Counted from the stretch's first letter, positions 12,469 to 25,319 are shown. The stretch: DNA of 64,000 nt from an uncultured delta proteobacterium (GCA_963832165.1 CAWHTE010000002.1:160001-224000); one strand, 5' to 3'. The notes: a model not told the origin generated them from the sequence alone. A program made the numbers and translations.

Positions 12469-13509
12469 TCAATTTGCCGCGAGGAGCTCTCCGGCGGCCT
12501 CGATCGCGCGTTCGGGCGCCAGGCGCACCAGGCAGCGCTGATCCTTGATCGGACACACGCTGCGTCCGCACGGACGGCAAGCGACGTCCTCGAACAGCAC
12601 CCGCTGGCGTTCGAGCAGATGGGCGGTGTGGCGCGGATCGGTCGGGCCCATGAGCGTGACGACGGGGCGCCCGAGCGCGACGGCGACGTGCCGCGGGCCC
12701 GTGTCGTTGGTGAGCACGAGCGCCGCGCGCGCGACGATCGCCACGAAGACTTCGAGCGAGGGGTCGGGCTCGAGCAGCACCACGTGCCGTTCCGTCATCG
12801 CCTCGGAAACGCGGCGCGCGATCGCGATCTCCTGGGCGTTCGGCGCGGGCGCCACCACCGGAAGCAGGCCGTGGCGCCGCCGCAGCTCGTCGCAGGCGCG
12901 TGCGAAGTGCTCCGGCGGCCACAGCTTGCTCACGCCATAGGCGGCGCCGGGCGTGACCAGCAGCACCGGATCGCTGCGCCCGACGCCCGCGCGCTCGAGC
13001 AGCGCGTCGGCCCGCGCCTGCGCGTCGTCGTGCACGTGGAGCTCGAGCGCGTCGCCCGCATCGCGCACGCCGAGCGCGCGCACGAGGCGCAGATAGCGCT
13101 CGATCATCGAGATCGCGACGCGCTGCCCGCGCGCGCGCGGCGGATCGATCGCCTGGCTCAGCAGGAAGCGGCGCAGCGGATCGCGCGCGTAGCCGATCCG
13201 GATCGGCACGCGCGCCGCGAACGGGTCGAGCGCGGCGCGCGCCGAATCGGGCAGCAGCAGCGCTGCGTCGAACTGATGGCTGCGCAGCTCGCGCGCGCGC
13301 TCGGCGACGTCGCGCAGCCGCAGCCCGCGCAGCGGCACGAACGCGTCGAAGTTCTGGTTCCCGCGCAGCAGGCCCTCGTGATGCGGCGGCCCGAGCACTG
13401 CGATTTCCGTCTCGGGGAGACCCCGCCGCAGCGCGCGCAGCGCGGGCGTGGCCATCACCGCATCGCCGAGCGGATTCGGAAGCCGCACCAACAGGCGCCG
13501 CATCAGCAA
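12469..13509 (-). CDS. waaF: GT9 glycosyltransferase, LPS heptosyltransferase II-like
   Basis: RLPNPLGDAVMATP, PGAAYGVSKLWP, TNDTGPRHVA, GPTDP, C-terminal CxPC...C. Confidence 0.82.
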   Translation of the reverse strand: MLMRRLLVRLPNPLGDAVMATPALRALRRGLPETEIAVLGPPHHEGLLRGNQNFDAFVPLRGLRLRDVAERARELRSHQFDAALLLPDSARAALDPFAARVPIRIGYARDPLRRFLLSQAIDPPRARGQRVAISMIERYLRLVRALGVRDAGDALELHVHDDAQARADALLERAGVGRSDPVLLVTPGAAYGVSKLWPPEHFARACDELRRRHGLLPVVAPAPNAQEIAIARRVSEAMTERHVVLLEPDPSLEVFVAIVARAALVLTNDTGPRHVAVALGRPVVTLMGPTDPRHTAHLLERQRVLFEDVACRPCGRSVCPIKDQRCLVRLAPERAIEAAGELLAAN

Positions 13510-13530
13510 CGAGGCCGACTCGTCGGCCGA

Positions 13531-13556
13531 CGCGCAGCGAGCCGAAGGCGAGCGGA
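13531..13556 (+). repeat. GNA mini-hairpin element, intergenic copy
   Basis: CGCGCAGCGAGCCGAAGGCGAGCG (13531-13554) is a 24-bp exact match to the reverse complement of the copy at 46788-46826. Confidence 0.85.
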
Positions 13557-13579
13557 AGCGGGCCCCTGCATGGGTGGGC

Positions 13580-14800
13580 CTACAGGAAGAAGTCGAAGCG
13601 CTCGTCGCCGGGCTCGATCGAGAACGTTTCGCGCGGATCTTCGATCATCTTCTCGAGCCACCAGTTGACGCCGTTGTAGAGGCAGGTGACCTCGCGGCAT
13701 TCGTGACTCGCGTCGAAGCGGTCCATCAGGTCGGTGAGCTGCCCGGCCGTGAGCTTCGCCATCGCCTCGTCCGCGAACGCGTCGGCGCCGGCGATCCGCG
13801 CCTTCTCGACGCCGCGGTGTGCCGGGCAGTTGAACGTGCCCATCGGAGTAAGCACCTGGCGCAGCGCCTGCATGTGGCACACGCGCGGTTGATGCGTGTA
13901 CTCGCGCCAGCTGCCCTCCTCGAGCACGCGCAGGTTCGTGCTCACGCGCACCTTGAAGGTCGGGGTCTCGAGCAGCTTCGCCTTGTCTACCTCGGCGCGG
14001 ATCCGCGCGATCGTGCGCTCGAGGTTCTCGGCGGCCTGCGGGTCCATCACTTCCGCGCCTTCTTCTCCGCGCTCGAGCACAGGCTTCAGCGCGATGTAGT
14101 CGAAGCCGTAGCGGCGCGCGCGCTCGGTGGCCATCACCACCTCGTGGATGTTCTCGTTGATCGCGACGTCCTCGCGCGTCGCGCCACCCCAGACGATGAT
14201 GTACGAGAAGCCGAGCTGGAACTTCGGATTGCGCTCTTTGATCTTGGGGATCCACTCGCAGATCTCGTCGAGCGTGAGGGACTTCTTCACGGGCTTGTGC
14301 ATCGCGCGGAACAGCTCGTCGCTGCCCGAGTCGAGCGAGAGGCGCACCCAGTCGCGCTCGTCGAGCACGTCGGCCACTTCGAGCAGCTTGTCGCCGCGGC
14401 TTCCGTTCGAGACCACCGCGATCTGGAGATCGAGATCCTTCAGGAAGCGCACGAAGTCGGAGAAGCCAGGGTAGATCGTCGGCTCGCCGCCGCCGATCAG
14501 GATCACCGAGCGCAGCCCGCGCTCGACCATCGTGTTGATCGACGAGCGCAGCGTCTCCTCGTCGTGGCGGTGTTTAGTGTTGAGGATGTCCCAGTCGATG
14601 CAGTGGTCGCAGCGGTAGTTGCAGGCCGTGGTGAGATCGAGGTTGATCGAGATCGGAGCGATCGCGGGCGGCTCCGGGTCGGGGCGTCCGACCGCGCGCG
14701 CGTGGCGCAGCTCGCGGCGCCAACCGATGTACGCGGAGAGATGCTCGCGCAGCGAAGGCTGGCGCAGCTTCCCGGTGAAATCGTGGATTGCCTCGGTCAA
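13580..14800 (-). CDS. Radical SAM protein with C-terminal Cys-containing (SPASM/twitch-like) region
   Basis: CNYRCDHC motif, GGGEP, VSNG, VRLSLD; C-terminal CH...NCP...C...CLY. Confidence 0.92.
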   Translation of the reverse strand: MTEAIHDFTGKLRQPSLREHLSAYIGWRRELRHARAVGRPDPEPPAIAPISINLDLTTACNYRCDHCIDWDILNTKHRHDEETLRSSINTMVERGLRSVILIGGGEPTIYPGFSDFVRFLKDLDLQIAVVSNGSRGDKLLEVADVLDERDWVRLSLDSGSDELFRAMHKPVKKSLTLDEICEWIPKIKERNPKFQLGFSYIIVWGGATREDVAINENIHEVVMATERARRYGFDYIALKPVLERGEEGAEVMDPQAAENLERTIARIRAEVDKAKLLETPTFKVRVSTNLRVLEEGSWREYTHQPRVCHMQALRQVLTPMGTFNCPAHRGVEKARIAGADAFADEAMAKLTAGQLTDLMDRFDASHECREVTCLYNGVNWWLEKMIEDPRETFSIEPGDERFDFFL

Positions 14801-15759
14801 GGGGCCTCCTGCTGGAGGTAGGCGCTGGCGAGCTCCGAGAGGAGTCGCATGCGCTGCTCGATGATTCGTGCTCGGGAGGTTCGATCACCTTGGTCCGGTG
14901 TGCGCAGACGCGCGACGAAATCCGCGACCAGGGTGGAGAGGGGGTCGTCCAGCGGGACGATTCGGTCGGAGGAAGCGAAAGATAGCCGGTAGGTCTCCGG
15001 AGCGACCACACGCCGCGCAGTGCGGCCGTCGATCTCGATGGCGGCGCGGCGCGGCAGCTCTTCGGAGCTCGAGAGCGCGACCTCGACCGCGCAGCTATTT
15101 CCACCGGATCGGTAGCGAAATCGGAGAGTTAGCGGCGCGTCTCCGATCGGCTGCGGGTCGATGCGGAACTCGTCGACCGCGGGCTCGGGGCCCGGCAGGA
15201 GCGCCTGGAGCAGCGAGAGCGGGTGGGAGAGCGAGTCGCCGAGCGCGCCGAGCCCGCGCGAGGCGGGCTGCAGCTCCATGCGGAAGCTGCGCGGCGGGTC
15301 CGCGAGCGATCCGGGGTGAAGGCGCTCGAACGCGGGCAGCGCGAACGGCCACTGGCAGTTCTCGTAGAGCAGGAGGTCCCGCTGCGCGAAGGCCGCAGTG
15401 ATCTCCGCGGCGCGCTCGGCGAACGCGGGCTCGCCCCACACGAGCGGCTTCTCGCACAGCACCGGCAGACCGCGGCGCGCCGCGCGCCTCAGGTGTTCGA
15501 GGTGCGATTCCGCGGGCGACAGGATCGCGATCGCGTCGAGCGGCTGCTCGTCGAGCATCCGATCCACGTCGATGTAGCCGCGCGGTGACACTCGAGCGTG
15601 TCGCTCGATCTCGGCGAGCGCGGGCGCGAGCGCGCGCTCGGAGGTGACCGAGAAGCACGGCACCGCAGCGCCCGCGGCGGTCAGGTCGCGCGCCACGAAC
15701 GGTCCGAGCCCCTGCCGCACGCGCCGAGCGCCGATGATCCCCACACGCGGCGCGCTCAC
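14797..15759 (-). CDS. Gfo/Idh/MocA-like oxidoreductase (divergent)
   Basis: N-terminal VGIIGA, LDAIAILSP...H, VLCEKPL. Confidence 0.75.
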   Translation of the reverse strand: MSAPRVGIIGARRVRQGLGPFVARDLTAAGAAVPCFSVTSERALAPALAEIERHARVSPRGYIDVDRMLDEQPLDAIAILSPAESHLEHLRRAARRGLPVLCEKPLVWGEPAFAERAAEITAAFAQRDLLLYENCQWPFALPAFERLHPGSLADPPRSFRMELQPASRGLGALGDSLSHPLSLLQALLPGPEPAVDEFRIDPQPIGDAPLTLRFRYRSGGNSCAVEVALSSSEELPRRAAIEIDGRTARRVVAPETYRLSFASSDRIVPLDDPLSTLVADFVARLRTPDQGDRTSRARIIEQRMRLLSELASAYLQQEAP

Positions 15760-16880
15760 GTTGCACCTCGCGCGGGCTCGGGCTCCGCGAGGATCTCGCG
15801 GTAGAGCGCTTCGTACGAAGAGACCATCTGCTCGGCCAGGAACTGTTTCGCCACGCGCGCCGCGCCTGCGGCACCGAGGCGCCGCGCGAGCGCGGAGTCG
15901 GGGAGCAGCCGCTCGAGCGCGGCCGCGAGTGCGGCGGCGTCTCCGGGCGGAACCAGGAGCCCCGTCTCTTCGGGGATCACGATCTCGGCGAGTCCGCCGA
16001 CCGCCGACGCGACGACGGGCCGACTGCGCGCCATCGCCTCGAGCGCCGCCACGCCGAGCCCTTCCTTGCGCGAGGGGAGCGCGAACACGTCGCAGGCTTC
16101 GAGCAGATCGGGCACGTCGCTGCGGCGCCCGAGGAAGCGCACGTGCTCCGCGAGCCCGCGCCGTGCCGCGTCGGCCTCGAGTGTGCCGCGCTCCGGACCG
16201 TCACCCGCGATCCAGAGTGTGTGGTGCACGCGCGGCGCGAGCTGCGCGCACGCCGCGAGCAGCACGTCGACTCCCTTGCGGTGAACGAGGTTCGCGGCGA
16301 CGAGGACGCACGGCAGATCGGGCGCCGCGCCGAGTTGCGCGCGCACGGACTCTCGCGAGGCGCTGGGCTGGAGCTTCGCCGGATCGACCGCGCTCCAGAT
16401 CACGCGGATCTGCTGCGCATCGACGCCGGCCTCGCGCAGGCGCCGCTCGACCGCGGGCGAAATCGCAGCCACGCGCCGCAGCAGATGCCGGTACAGCCAG
16501 CGCGTGCGCGGACCGCGCTTCACGCGCCGATCCATGCGCCGCGTCGAGAGCGCGGGCACGCGCGCCCAGCACGCGGCGAGTCCGCCGAGCCAGTTCGCGC
16601 GCCCCGTGTGACAGTGCACGAGCGCGGGGGAGTGCCGGCGCAGCGCTGCGGCGATCCGGCGCGTTGCGAAGAGCGAGAGATCATTTCGCATCGCGACGCA
16701 CTCGACCGGAAAGCCGCGCTGGCGCGCCTCGCGCTCGGCGGCGCTACCCGGCGGGCACACGAGCAGATTCGCGTGTCCGCGCGCGCGCAGCCCCTCCATG
16801 AGCAGGAACACCTGCACCTCTCCGCCCGAGAAGCCGCTCTCGCCCGTGACGTGCGCGATGTGCAGCGGTGTCGTCGTCAC
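15756..16880 (-). CDS. GT4 glycosyltransferase
   Basis: SGGEVQV, RKGVDVLL, PSRKEGLGVAALEAMA, VGGLAE. Confidence 0.93.
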   Translation of the reverse strand: MTTTPLHIAHVTGESGFSGGEVQVFLLMEGLRARGHANLLVCPPGSAAEREARQRGFPVECVAMRNDLSLFATRRIAAALRRHSPALVHCHTGRANWLGGLAACWARVPALSTRRMDRRVKRGPRTRWLYRHLLRRVAAISPAVERRLREAGVDAQQIRVIWSAVDPAKLQPSASRESVRAQLGAAPDLPCVLVAANLVHRKGVDVLLAACAQLAPRVHHTLWIAGDGPERGTLEADAARRGLAEHVRFLGRRSDVPDLLEACDVFALPSRKEGLGVAALEAMARSRPVVASAVGGLAEIVIPEETGLLVPPGDAAALAAALERLLPDSALARRLGAAGAARVAKQFLAEQMVSSYEALYREILAEPEPARGAT

Positions 16881-17767
16881 GCGTCGCAGCGGATCAGCGC
16901 CCGCAGCGCGTCGGGCGTGATCGTGTAGGACTCCGCGCAGAACTCGCAGCGCACCTCGAGCGCCTCGCCCGCCTGCGCCGAGCGCGCGATCTCCTCCTCG
17001 CCTAGCAACCGGACCGCGTTGGCGACGCGATCCTGGTTGCAGTTGCAGCGGAACGCGACCTCGCTCTCGACGCGTTCGCGGCTGCCGAGGCCTTCGAGCA
17101 GCCGGAGTGCGAGCTCGTGCGCGTCGCAGCCGGCGGCCACGAGCTCGGAGGGCAGCGAGGTGGCGCGTACGTTCTGCTCGGCGCGCCGCGTCTCCTCGTC
17201 GCTCGCGCCCGGCAGCGCGTGCACGAGGTACCCGGCCGCCGCGGCAATTCCATTCTCACCGGCCTCCTGCACGCCCAGCCCCACCGCGGTGCGGCTCTGC
17301 TCGCTCTCGTGCAGGTAGTGCGTGAGGTCGCGCGCGATCGTGCCGTACACGATCTGAACCACGCCGGTGTAGGGCGGCTGGCCCGGCCGCTGGCGCACCA
17401 CGGTGAGCACCCCGGCGCCGATCGCGCTGTGAACGTCGAGCTCGCCGTTCACGCGCGGCGGATGGGCGCGCGGCCGCACCACATAGCCGCGCGCGCGGCC
17501 CGCATCGTCGGCGAGCGCCACGACGCCGCGCAGCGGTCCTTCGCCGCGAAACTGGATCTGCACGCTCTCGCCGCCCTTGCCGCCCGAGGCGAGCAGCAGC
17601 GCGCCGAGCAGTGTGCGCCCGAGCGCGGCAGTCGCCGTCGGCGAGGTGCCGTGTCGGCGCGCCGCCTCGGCGACGAGCCGAGTGCCCACGATCGCGCGCA
17701 CGGCGATGCCGCCGTCGCGGGAGATCGTCCGTACCAGCCGATCGGGCGCGCAGCGCTCGGGGTTCAA
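16877..17767 (-). CDS. hslO: Hsp33 redox-regulated chaperone
   Basis: ATAALGR, SEQ, C-terminal CNC...CEFC zinc motif. Confidence 0.93.
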   Translation of the reverse strand: MNPERCAPDRLVRTISRDGGIAVRAIVGTRLVAEAARRHGTSPTATAALGRTLLGALLLASGGKGGESVQIQFRGEGPLRGVVALADDAGRARGYVVRPRAHPPRVNGELDVHSAIGAGVLTVVRQRPGQPPYTGVVQIVYGTIARDLTHYLHESEQSRTAVGLGVQEAGENGIAAAAGYLVHALPGASDEETRRAEQNVRATSLPSELVAAGCDAHELALRLLEGLGSRERVESEVAFRCNCNQDRVANAVRLLGEEEIARSAQAGEALEVRCEFCAESYTITPDALRALIRCDA

Positions 17768-17789
17768 CGCGACCTCGCTTCGGAGAGAA

Positions 17790-18998
17790 TCAGAAGAGGG
17801 TCGAAAACATCTCGGCGAGCCCGACGTAGTTTCCGGCCAGGCTGCCGAAGGTCGTGAGCAGGAAGACCAGGAAGATGCGGAGCAGCCGGTTCCGCCACCA
17901 CTGCAGTGGAGATCCGAAGTCGTCTGCGACCTGCTCGAACTCGCGCACGACCGGAGGCGCGAGGTAGGCCTGGAACAGCGCGAGTACGTGCCCCGCGCCG
18001 ATCACGGGCGAGAGCGTGGTGATCGGCGCGACACCGATCGACGACACCACGACGAGCGGATGCGCCAGCGCGAGCACCGCGCCGAGCGCGGTCAACCCCC
18101 CGTTGGCCGCGATCCAGAACAGAAGCTGATTGCCCGCGACGGATGCGCCGTGTTGGATGCCGATCCAGAAGAATGCGAGCAGGAGCAAGGCCGGCAGGCC
18201 GAAGCCCAACCACTTCCAGACCGCGGACACCGGAGGAATCTGGCAGATCGCGTCGATGTCGACTGCGCGCCGCTGCACGAGCGCCTCGCGGATGCCCGCG
18301 ACGTGCCCGGCGCCGATCACCGCGACGACCCGCTCGCCCTCGACCGCGAGGATCTTGTGCGCGAGATAGGCGTCGCGCTCGTCGATCAACGTCGTCTTCA
18401 CCGAGGGCAGCTCATTGCCGAGCTCGCGCATCAACTCGGAGATCACGTCCTGGTTGCGGATCCGCCGCAGCTCGTCCTCGGTGAGCTCGGGTCGGTCGAC
18501 CACGCTCGCGATCAACGCCGCGAGGAGCTTCGACTTGTTCCAGAGCGACATCGAGCCCCACGCGCGCCGCAGCGTCACGCGCACGTCGCGGTCGCACAGC
18601 GCCACGGGGATCTGGAGCCGCTCGGCCGTTCGCGCAGCCTCGAGCAGCTCGGTGCCCGGAATCACGCCGAGCGCACCGCCGAGCTTCTTCTGGTACGACG
18701 CGAGCACGAGATTCGCTAGCAGCGGCGCGAGCTGGCGCTGGCGGATCACCTGGCGCAGGTCGAGGTTCTCCCAGCGCTGGCGGTGTGACAGCGCTTCGAA
18801 GCGCTGCGAATCGAGCTCGATGCAGACGCAATCGGGGCGCTCCTTCTCGATCACCTCGCGCACGAGGTCGGCGGACTCGCGCGAGACGTGCGCGGTGCCC
18901 ACGAGGATGAACTCGCGCCCGTCGATCTCGAGCACGTGCACATCGGGCGGGTAGTCGCGCGCCGTTGCCACCGCGGGTTCGTCGCTCGAGGTCGTCAT
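17790..18998 (-). CDS. TraB/PrgY family protein
   Basis: VGTAHVS, CIELD, PGTE, DRDV, LIDERD, VIGAGH; C-terminal TM helices. Confidence 0.9.
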   Translation of the reverse strand: MTTSSDEPAVATARDYPPDVHVLEIDGREFILVGTAHVSRESADLVREVIEKERPDCVCIELDSQRFEALSHRQRWENLDLRQVIRQRQLAPLLANLVLASYQKKLGGALGVIPGTELLEAARTAERLQIPVALCDRDVRVTLRRAWGSMSLWNKSKLLAALIASVVDRPELTEDELRRIRNQDVISELMRELGNELPSVKTTLIDERDAYLAHKILAVEGERVVAVIGAGHVAGIREALVQRRAVDIDAICQIPPVSAVWKWLGFGLPALLLLAFFWIGIQHGASVAGNQLLFWIAANGGLTALGAVLALAHPLVVVSSIGVAPITTLSPVIGAGHVLALFQAYLAPPVVREFEQVADDFGSPLQWWRNRLLRIFLVFLLTTFGSLAGNYVGLAEMFSTLF

Positions 18999-19153
18999 CG
19001 GGGTGCCACCCTAGCTCACCGGGCCACACTGGATCCGGGATCGCGCGCGTCTTCCCCGGGGGTGGCGCAACCCTCGTTCCCACTCCTTCCCGGACCCTGA
19101 TTGCCGCATTTCTGCTCATGATCTGCGTGCGCGTTGCCGATGGGTGGTAGGTC

Positions 19154-19726
19154 ATGCCTCAAAACACCCGCGGAATCGACGTCTCGAAGGAAGAAGAGCA
19201 GTACCTGCGCCACGCGTTCCGACGCTTCGCGCTCCCGTACGTGCTCGTGTTCGCGTTGGTGGCGTGGATTACCTCCACGGCAATGTCGTCGAGCGATGTG
19301 CCGGTCGGCTCGTCCGAGGATCTCTCTTCGCTGCACGAGGAGATGTCGTCGGTTCGGGAGTCGATCACCGCACTCGAGGGCCGCCTCGCGAAGTTCGACG
19401 CAGAGCTCGGGAAGGCCGTGGGCCGCGTCGGTGCGCTCGAAACCCGCAAGCCACCGACCCGCGCGGAAGCTCCGCCCAGCGCCGATAAGCTCGCGTCGCT
19501 CGAGCGCGCGCTGAAGGATTCGACGCGGCGTGTCGCCGAGCTTGAGCGGCGCGGTACCTCGACCTCGAAGGCGAGCGCGGACGAGCGGATCGATGCGCTC
19601 GTGGCGCGCATCCAGCGGATCGAGGCTGCGCGTTCGCCTGCACTCTCGCCCACGGCGCCCACGGCGCCCACCGCGCCCGCGCCGGCCGCACCGGCACCTG
19701 CACCGGGTCCCGCTCCCGCTCCGTGA
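19154..19726 (+). CDS. Membrane-anchored coiled-coil protein with Pro/Ala-rich tail (hypothetical)
   Basis: One TM helix, heptad segments, and a PTAPTAPTAPAPAAPAPAPGPAPAP tail encoded by short tandem repeats. Confidence 0.7.
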   Translation: MPQNTRGIDVSKEEEQYLRHAFRRFALPYVLVFALVAWITSTAMSSSDVPVGSSEDLSSLHEEMSSVRESITALEGRLAKFDAELGKAVGRVGALETRKPPTRAEAPPSADKLASLERALKDSTRRVAELERRGTSTSKASADERIDALVARIQRIEAARSPALSPTAPTAPTAPAPAAPAPAPGPAPAP

Positions 19727-19823
19727 TCCGAGCCGCGCCGCGGTAGACCGCGCGCTTGCATAAGCGGATCGCATTCGTAGCCTTGGGACCCAGGGCCCCA
19801 TCAGGCCCGGAGGTCCGATCGCC

Positions 19824-20711
19824 ATGAAACGCGTGCTGCTCTTCCTCGTCACGAACATCGCCGTGATGATCGTGCTCTCGATCAGCGCGACGCTGCTCGA
19901 GGGCTTCCTCGCCCGGCAGGGCATCCAGATCCCGCAGATGCAGCTGCTGGTGTTCGCCTTCGTGTTCGGCATGGGCGGCAGCTTCATCTCGCTGCTCATG
20001 TCGAAATGGATGGCGATCCGTCTGACGGGTGCGCAGGTGATCGATCAGCCCCGCAACGACGCCGAAGCGTGGCTCCTCCAGACCGTGTCCCATCAGGCGC
20101 AGGCGGCCGGGATCGGCGTGCCCACCGTCGCGATCTTCCCCTCGGACTCTCCCAATGCGTTTGCGACCGGTGCGCGGCGCGATAGCGCGCTCGTCGCAGT
20201 GAGCTCGGGGCTGCTCGCACAGATGAGGCGCGAAGAGGTCGAGGCGGTGCTCGGCCACGAGGTGTCGCACGTCGCGAACGGCGACATGATCACGCTCGCG
20301 CTGATCCAGGGCGTGCTGAACACATTCGTGCTCCTCTTGTCGCGGCTGATCGGCGGCGTCGTGGATCGCGTGGTGTTCCGGAACGAAGAGCGCGGTCACG
20401 GCATCGGTTACGTGGTAGTGGTGATCGCCGCGCAGATCATGCTCGGCATCCTCGCGAGCATCATCGTGATGTGGTTCTCGCGGCGCCGGGAATTCCGCGC
20501 CGATCAGGGGGGCGCGCGCCTGGCAGGGCGCGGCGCCATGATCGCAGCGCTGCGCAGGCTGAAGCAGGTGACCGAGACGGCGGGGACCCAGCCGCTCCCG
20601 CAGCAGATGCGCGCGTTCGGCATCACCGATCGGGGAGGCCTCATGCGGCTGTTCATGAGCCACCCGCCGCTCGAGGAGCGGATCGCCGCGCTCGAAACCG
20701 CCGCGCTGTAG
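19824..20711 (+). CDS. htpX: Zinc metalloprotease HtpX
   Basis: PNAFATG, HEVSH, NGDMITLALIQG, FSRRREFRAD, SHPPLEERI. Confidence 0.96.
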   Translation: MKRVLLFLVTNIAVMIVLSISATLLEGFLARQGIQIPQMQLLVFAFVFGMGGSFISLLMSKWMAIRLTGAQVIDQPRNDAEAWLLQTVSHQAQAAGIGVPTVAIFPSDSPNAFATGARRDSALVAVSSGLLAQMRREEVEAVLGHEVSHVANGDMITLALIQGVLNTFVLLLSRLIGGVVDRVVFRNEERGHGIGYVVVVIAAQIMLGILASIIVMWFSRRREFRADQGGARLAGRGAMIAALRRLKQVTETAGTQPLPQQMRAFGITDRGGLMRLFMSHPPLEERIAALETAAL

Positions 20712-20740
20712 GCGCAGCATCGGGTCGAGGGGCAATCCGC

Positions 20741-21880
20741 CTACGGCCCTGCGATCGAGGCGACGCCCGAGACCACGAGCCGCACGAGCTCGCTCTGCCG
20801 GCTCGTGTGCGTCTTTGCGAACACCTGCTTGAGCTGGCTGCGCGCGGTGTTCATCGTCACTCCGCGCGCGCCCGCGGCTTCGTCGAGCGAGCTCCCCTGG
20901 CACAGCAGCTCGACGAGCTGCGTCTCGGCCTCGGTCAGACCGTAGAGTTCGCGCAGCGTCTCGCGGCGGCGCAGCACACCCTGCTCGAGATCCGCCACGT
21001 AGAGCACTACGACCGCGTCGGCCAAGGTCGGATCTCCCTGGTGCGGACGCAGCGGACCCACGAGCACCGCGTACGGCCGGCGTCCCGAGCGTCGGCTCAC
21101 CGACAACACGGCGCTCTCGATCAGGCGACCCGAGACCGCGGCCTCCACCGAGGCCGTGATCGCGCGCCGCAGCGCTGCGTCGTCGCTCGCGACCGCCGCG
21201 TGCATCGACTCGCCCGCGTCGAGCGCGATTCCGTCGTTCTGCGTGAAGATCTTCCGCGCTCCGCGGTTCGCGAGCAGGAGATGCCCGCGCGCATCTAGCA
21301 GCATGACACCGGTCGGGAAACGATCGATCGCGTCTTCGAGCGCCTGATAGCGCCGGTTATCCGCCATCAGCCGATAGCCCAGCGCGAGATGCGGCGCGAT
21401 CAGGTCGCCGAACTCGAGATGCGACGCGTCGAACGGTCCGGTCGCCTCGGTGGGGAAGATCGCGAGCGCAGCCGCAGGATCTCCGCGCTCGCCGAGCGCG
21501 ATCGTGTGCGCGATCGGCGCGTGCGGTCCGAGGCCCTGCGGCACCATCCACTCGCGGTAGAAGTCGGACGCGCGCAGGCGCTCGTCCGAGATCACCTCGC
21601 TCGTGAGCCCGAAGCGGCCCACGAAATTCCGCCGACGGCCTTCCTCCCACGGGAGCCCTTGCTGCGCGTAGGCGGCGAAGCGCGGATGGTACTCGTCGCG
21701 GAAGCCACGAGATCGCAGGATCACGCCGGCGAGTGGAGATCCCGGCGGCTGGAGCGCGATCCCGGCGGGGGCACCCCTGAATGCGTCGGACAGCGCCTGG
21801 ACGAAGTCCTGCCACAGCGAGACGTCGAGGGCCGCCTCGTAGATACGCTGGACGAGGGGTAGGGCAAGAGACCGGTCCAT
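20741..21880 (-). CDS. LuxR-type HTH regulator with GAF/PAS-like sensor region
   Basis: C-terminal YGLTEAE...NTARSQLKQVFAKTHTSRQSELV; PAS-like GVMLLD..G.LLLAN. Confidence 0.88.
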   Translation of the reverse strand: MDRSLALPLVQRIYEAALDVSLWQDFVQALSDAFRGAPAGIALQPPGSPLAGVILRSRGFRDEYHPRFAAYAQQGLPWEEGRRRNFVGRFGLTSEVISDERLRASDFYREWMVPQGLGPHAPIAHTIALGERGDPAAALAIFPTEATGPFDASHLEFGDLIAPHLALGYRLMADNRRYQALEDAIDRFPTGVMLLDARGHLLLANRGARKIFTQNDGIALDAGESMHAAVASDDAALRRAITASVEAAVSGRLIESAVLSVSRRSGRRPYAVLVGPLRPHQGDPTLADAVVVLYVADLEQGVLRRRETLRELYGLTEAETQLVELLCQGSSLDEAAGARGVTMNTARSQLKQVFAKTHTSRQSELVRLVVSGVASIAGP

Positions 21881-21915
21881 GCCCGATTCCTGCGTAGAAC
21901 CCGAGCAGGGTACCC

Positions 21916-21953
21916 GGAAAGAATGAGGCCCGCTCCGATCTGGAGCGGGCCTC
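21916..21953 (-). terminator. Intrinsic terminator
   Basis: Perfect 12-bp stem GAGGCCCGCTCC (21925-21936) / GGAGCGGGCCTC (21942-21953), followed on the minus strand by ATTCTTT. Confidence 0.75.
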
Positions 21954-22236
21954 GAGGATCAATCATGTGCGCAAGTGACTGGAGTCGTGATTGTCCTCAA
22001 CCGAGGAGAAACCAGAGAGCCGTGGGCACTGCGACATCAGCGGTCCCTCATCCGCCAACGTCACCGGCATCTCCAGGTCCGCCAAGGGAGAAGCATGCCC
22101 GAGGCGCTCTAACGCTGTCACCACCCATTTGGGGGCCAAACCACGAGAATCGCTCATGGTTCGAGCCCCGGATAACACGCGCTAAGGCCAGTTGGGCCGA
22201 TACCCGCACAGCATCGCCCTCCGGGGAGATCGGGCG

Positions 22237-25116
<2,880 letters not shown>

Positions 25117-25291
25117 GGCGGCACAAGGGATACCCGCTTGCCTGTTGGGCCGCCATCGCCGCGGCACTGCTCGGGATTCCGCTCGTCCGCGCTCGGCGCC
25201 AGCGACCCGGCCGGCCGCGCGCTCGGCGCCGGCCAGCTCGGTGGGGATCGGAGCCGAAGTCGTGAACGGACTGCAGGCCCCCGGCGTCCAA

Positions 25292-25319
25292 GCTTCGCGC
25301 CCAATGCTTCGCGCCCAAT
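25292..25319. repeat. Perfect 14-bp tandem direct repeat immediately upstream of the sigma factor RBS
   Basis: GCTTCGCGCCCAAT x2 (25292-25305, 25306-25319), then GGGAGG. Confidence 0.85.

Noticed and set aside
21963..22185. Small ORFs in the luxR-gcvP gap
   Set aside because: Atypical codon usage, no clear RBS and no motif; a non-coding interpretation fits better.
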